DNA of 63,213 bases, the filler included, from Chiloscyllium plagiosum (taxonomy: Eukaryota): the NCBI RefSeq assembly GCF_004010195.1. It is 3 parts of one record of this genome, joined end to end, with 100 filler letters (N's around TTAATTAATTAA, not from the genome) between each part and the next. Parts side by side here need not be neighbours in the genome. Positions count along the whole stretch, not along the records: positions 43,440 to 63,213 come from NC_057717.1; 2 more parts are not named here. One strand, written 5' to 3'. Below, piece after piece: positions 61,446 to 63,213 of this stretch. Position numbers and translations under genes: made by a program. The stretch's first letter is position 1; each line of letters starts with the position of its first letter. A model generated the notes under the pieces. It did no database searches, had not been told where the DNA came from, and worked only from the letters and a program-made list of their open reading frames with translations.

Positions 61446-62599
61446 CGCTCCTCACCATACGTTTGGGTCTTGTCTCATCGATAACACCTTAGACCTATGT
61501 CTCCTGTCGCCTGTGTAAAAGGCTTCGACCATCCATTACATCCACGCCTGTCATAATTTGGTCAGGATCTATTAGATCACGCTCAGTCTTGACATTCAAG
61601 TGAAAACAATGATTTATTAAATTGCCCTCCATCATTCATGATGGTTGGTGGCAGGACTGCAGAGCTTATGTCTGATCCATGGGGGCAGGAATCACTTATG
61701 CTCATGGTTTCTGACATGCAAGTATTTCTGTGTTGTACCTTCACCAGGTTTACACCTTACTTTTAAATAAGGTGTCTTTTAAATTACCTTTAAAGAAGGC
61801 CTGCACTCTTCATTTAACCAGGTTTGATAACTGGCTGCATGTCATAACATTCCCATTCATCTGTTTCCCCAGCCCCTCCATTTCTTAGTTGTCATGCCTT
61901 TGGAATGCACTTTCGAGCCTTGGTAAATTTGTGCACTGCATCTTGCAGGCTCTCATTGATTTACAAGAGGCAGAAGAACTGGTTAATACTTATAGACAGT
62001 CTGTATCACATTCATTAAAAAGGCAGAGCTCATAGGAACAGCGGAATCAAAAACAAACCAGGTTTCTTCAGGATTAAACTGCCTTTTACTGCAGAGAACA
62101 GAGAGAGCTCCTGAGCAGCTGAAGACTTCTCTGTATCTTGTTCAGGGTCCCAAGCTGTTTCGCTGCCTGAGAACCAATCACATCTCTGTTGGCAGGCAGA
62201 CAGCCTTTGTCATTGGTGAGCTAGTGGCCAATTATCAATCAGCTCCTTGTTTCAATCCAAAGTTCCATCTGTGAATAACTCCGTTCATGTCCAACCAGAC
62301 TTCAATCACTGACTCACTCTCAGGTGAATTGCTGTCAAACCGTGCAGCAATCTTCCACTAATCGGCTGTTTGTAAGGTCCCTCTTTTCACATTTTAGTCT
62401 AAATTATACTGATGATTTTTAAACATTTTTTTTTCTTTGCGGTCGTCCTTAGAAAACTAAAATGACATTTCAAAAATGTGTTTCCTTGCAAAATACATGA
62501 TGCACAAAATTTTAAAAAACTGCAATCTATTTATTCTTTCTCACTTCTTACAATGTTATGCAATCATAGCATTCCTTAAATCTTTTACATATTCCAGCA

Positions 62600-63213
62600 T
62601 CTGACTCTTGGGACAATCCATCTGAATTCACATTAAGTTATCCAGTAATGTGTATGACGTTTACATAAAATTGTGACAACAAAAGATTCGATCGGAACGG
62701 CCTTGCATTGTTTATTTGAACCTTTGTAAAGAAGGCCAGTGGATTACAATCTGTGTAATTTAGTATGTCATTGTTCTTTGTTGGATAGACTTCAAAGTGC
62801 TGGAGAGCCAACAGTAATCTCAAAGCTCCCTTTCCTGTGGGAGAGTATTTTTCCCAATGACTGGTATTGTTTCTAATAGCAGCATCCTCCAGGTTTCACA
62901 ATTCCTAACTCATCATCCTGGAACAAGACAGCACTTCGCCCCAATTCACCAGCATCAGCGGCCATTGTGATAAGACTGGAAAACTCAGGGATGGCCAAAA
63001 GTGGTTCATTGATCCAAACTGCTTTCACCTTTCAAAGGTAACCTCGCACTCTGATAACTAAGCCACTTTTTCTTATTTCCATCACAAATTTGTTAAAGGC
63101 ACAGCCATCCAGCTAAAATCATGGACAACCTTCGAGTAAAGTCAAATATTCCTAAAAAATCTAAAAACTTCTCATTTAGTTTTAGGAACAAGGAATTCTG
63201 TTAGTGTCTTCAC
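62600..63213 (-). mobile_element. Ty3/Gypsy RNase H remnant (second, Gmr1-like element)
   Basis: Minus strand NEPLLAIPEFS..MAADAGELG..AVLFQ, LLLALQHFEVY..YTDCNPLAF..LLLSQFYVNVIHITG..SDGLSQ; no integrase follows. Confidence 0.8.

Overview
Eukaryotic, repeat-dominated draft-assembly sequence, almost certainly from a cartilaginous fish (shark). This is inferred from HE1-type SINEs, dense CR1 LINEs, Penelope termini and a GPR139-like GPCR of the type expanded in sharks. I found no intact protein-coding gene. From left to right: CR1/SINE debris; a heavily deleted class I endogenous retrovirus (integrase and env remnants, PPT, 3' LTR) preceded by a 25-bp minisatellite; a decayed Gmr1-type Ty3/Gypsy element with integrase upstream of RT; Penelope elements carrying minimal hammerhead-ribozyme motifs; a 16.6-kb inverted duplication (arms about 23083-30640 and 31438-39663) containing a fossil cluster of about 9-11 decayed tRNA genes, built on older nested duplications; two tandem-repeat arrays; a two-exon GPR139-like pseudogene (frameshift plus stop); Rex1 LINEs; and a second Gmr1-type RNase H remnant. 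Two TTAATTAATTAA-in-N linkers are assembly artefacts. All calls were made by eye and coordinates of old repeats are approximate. I see no convincing new functional system; the palindromic tRNA fossil cluster is the most unusual structure.
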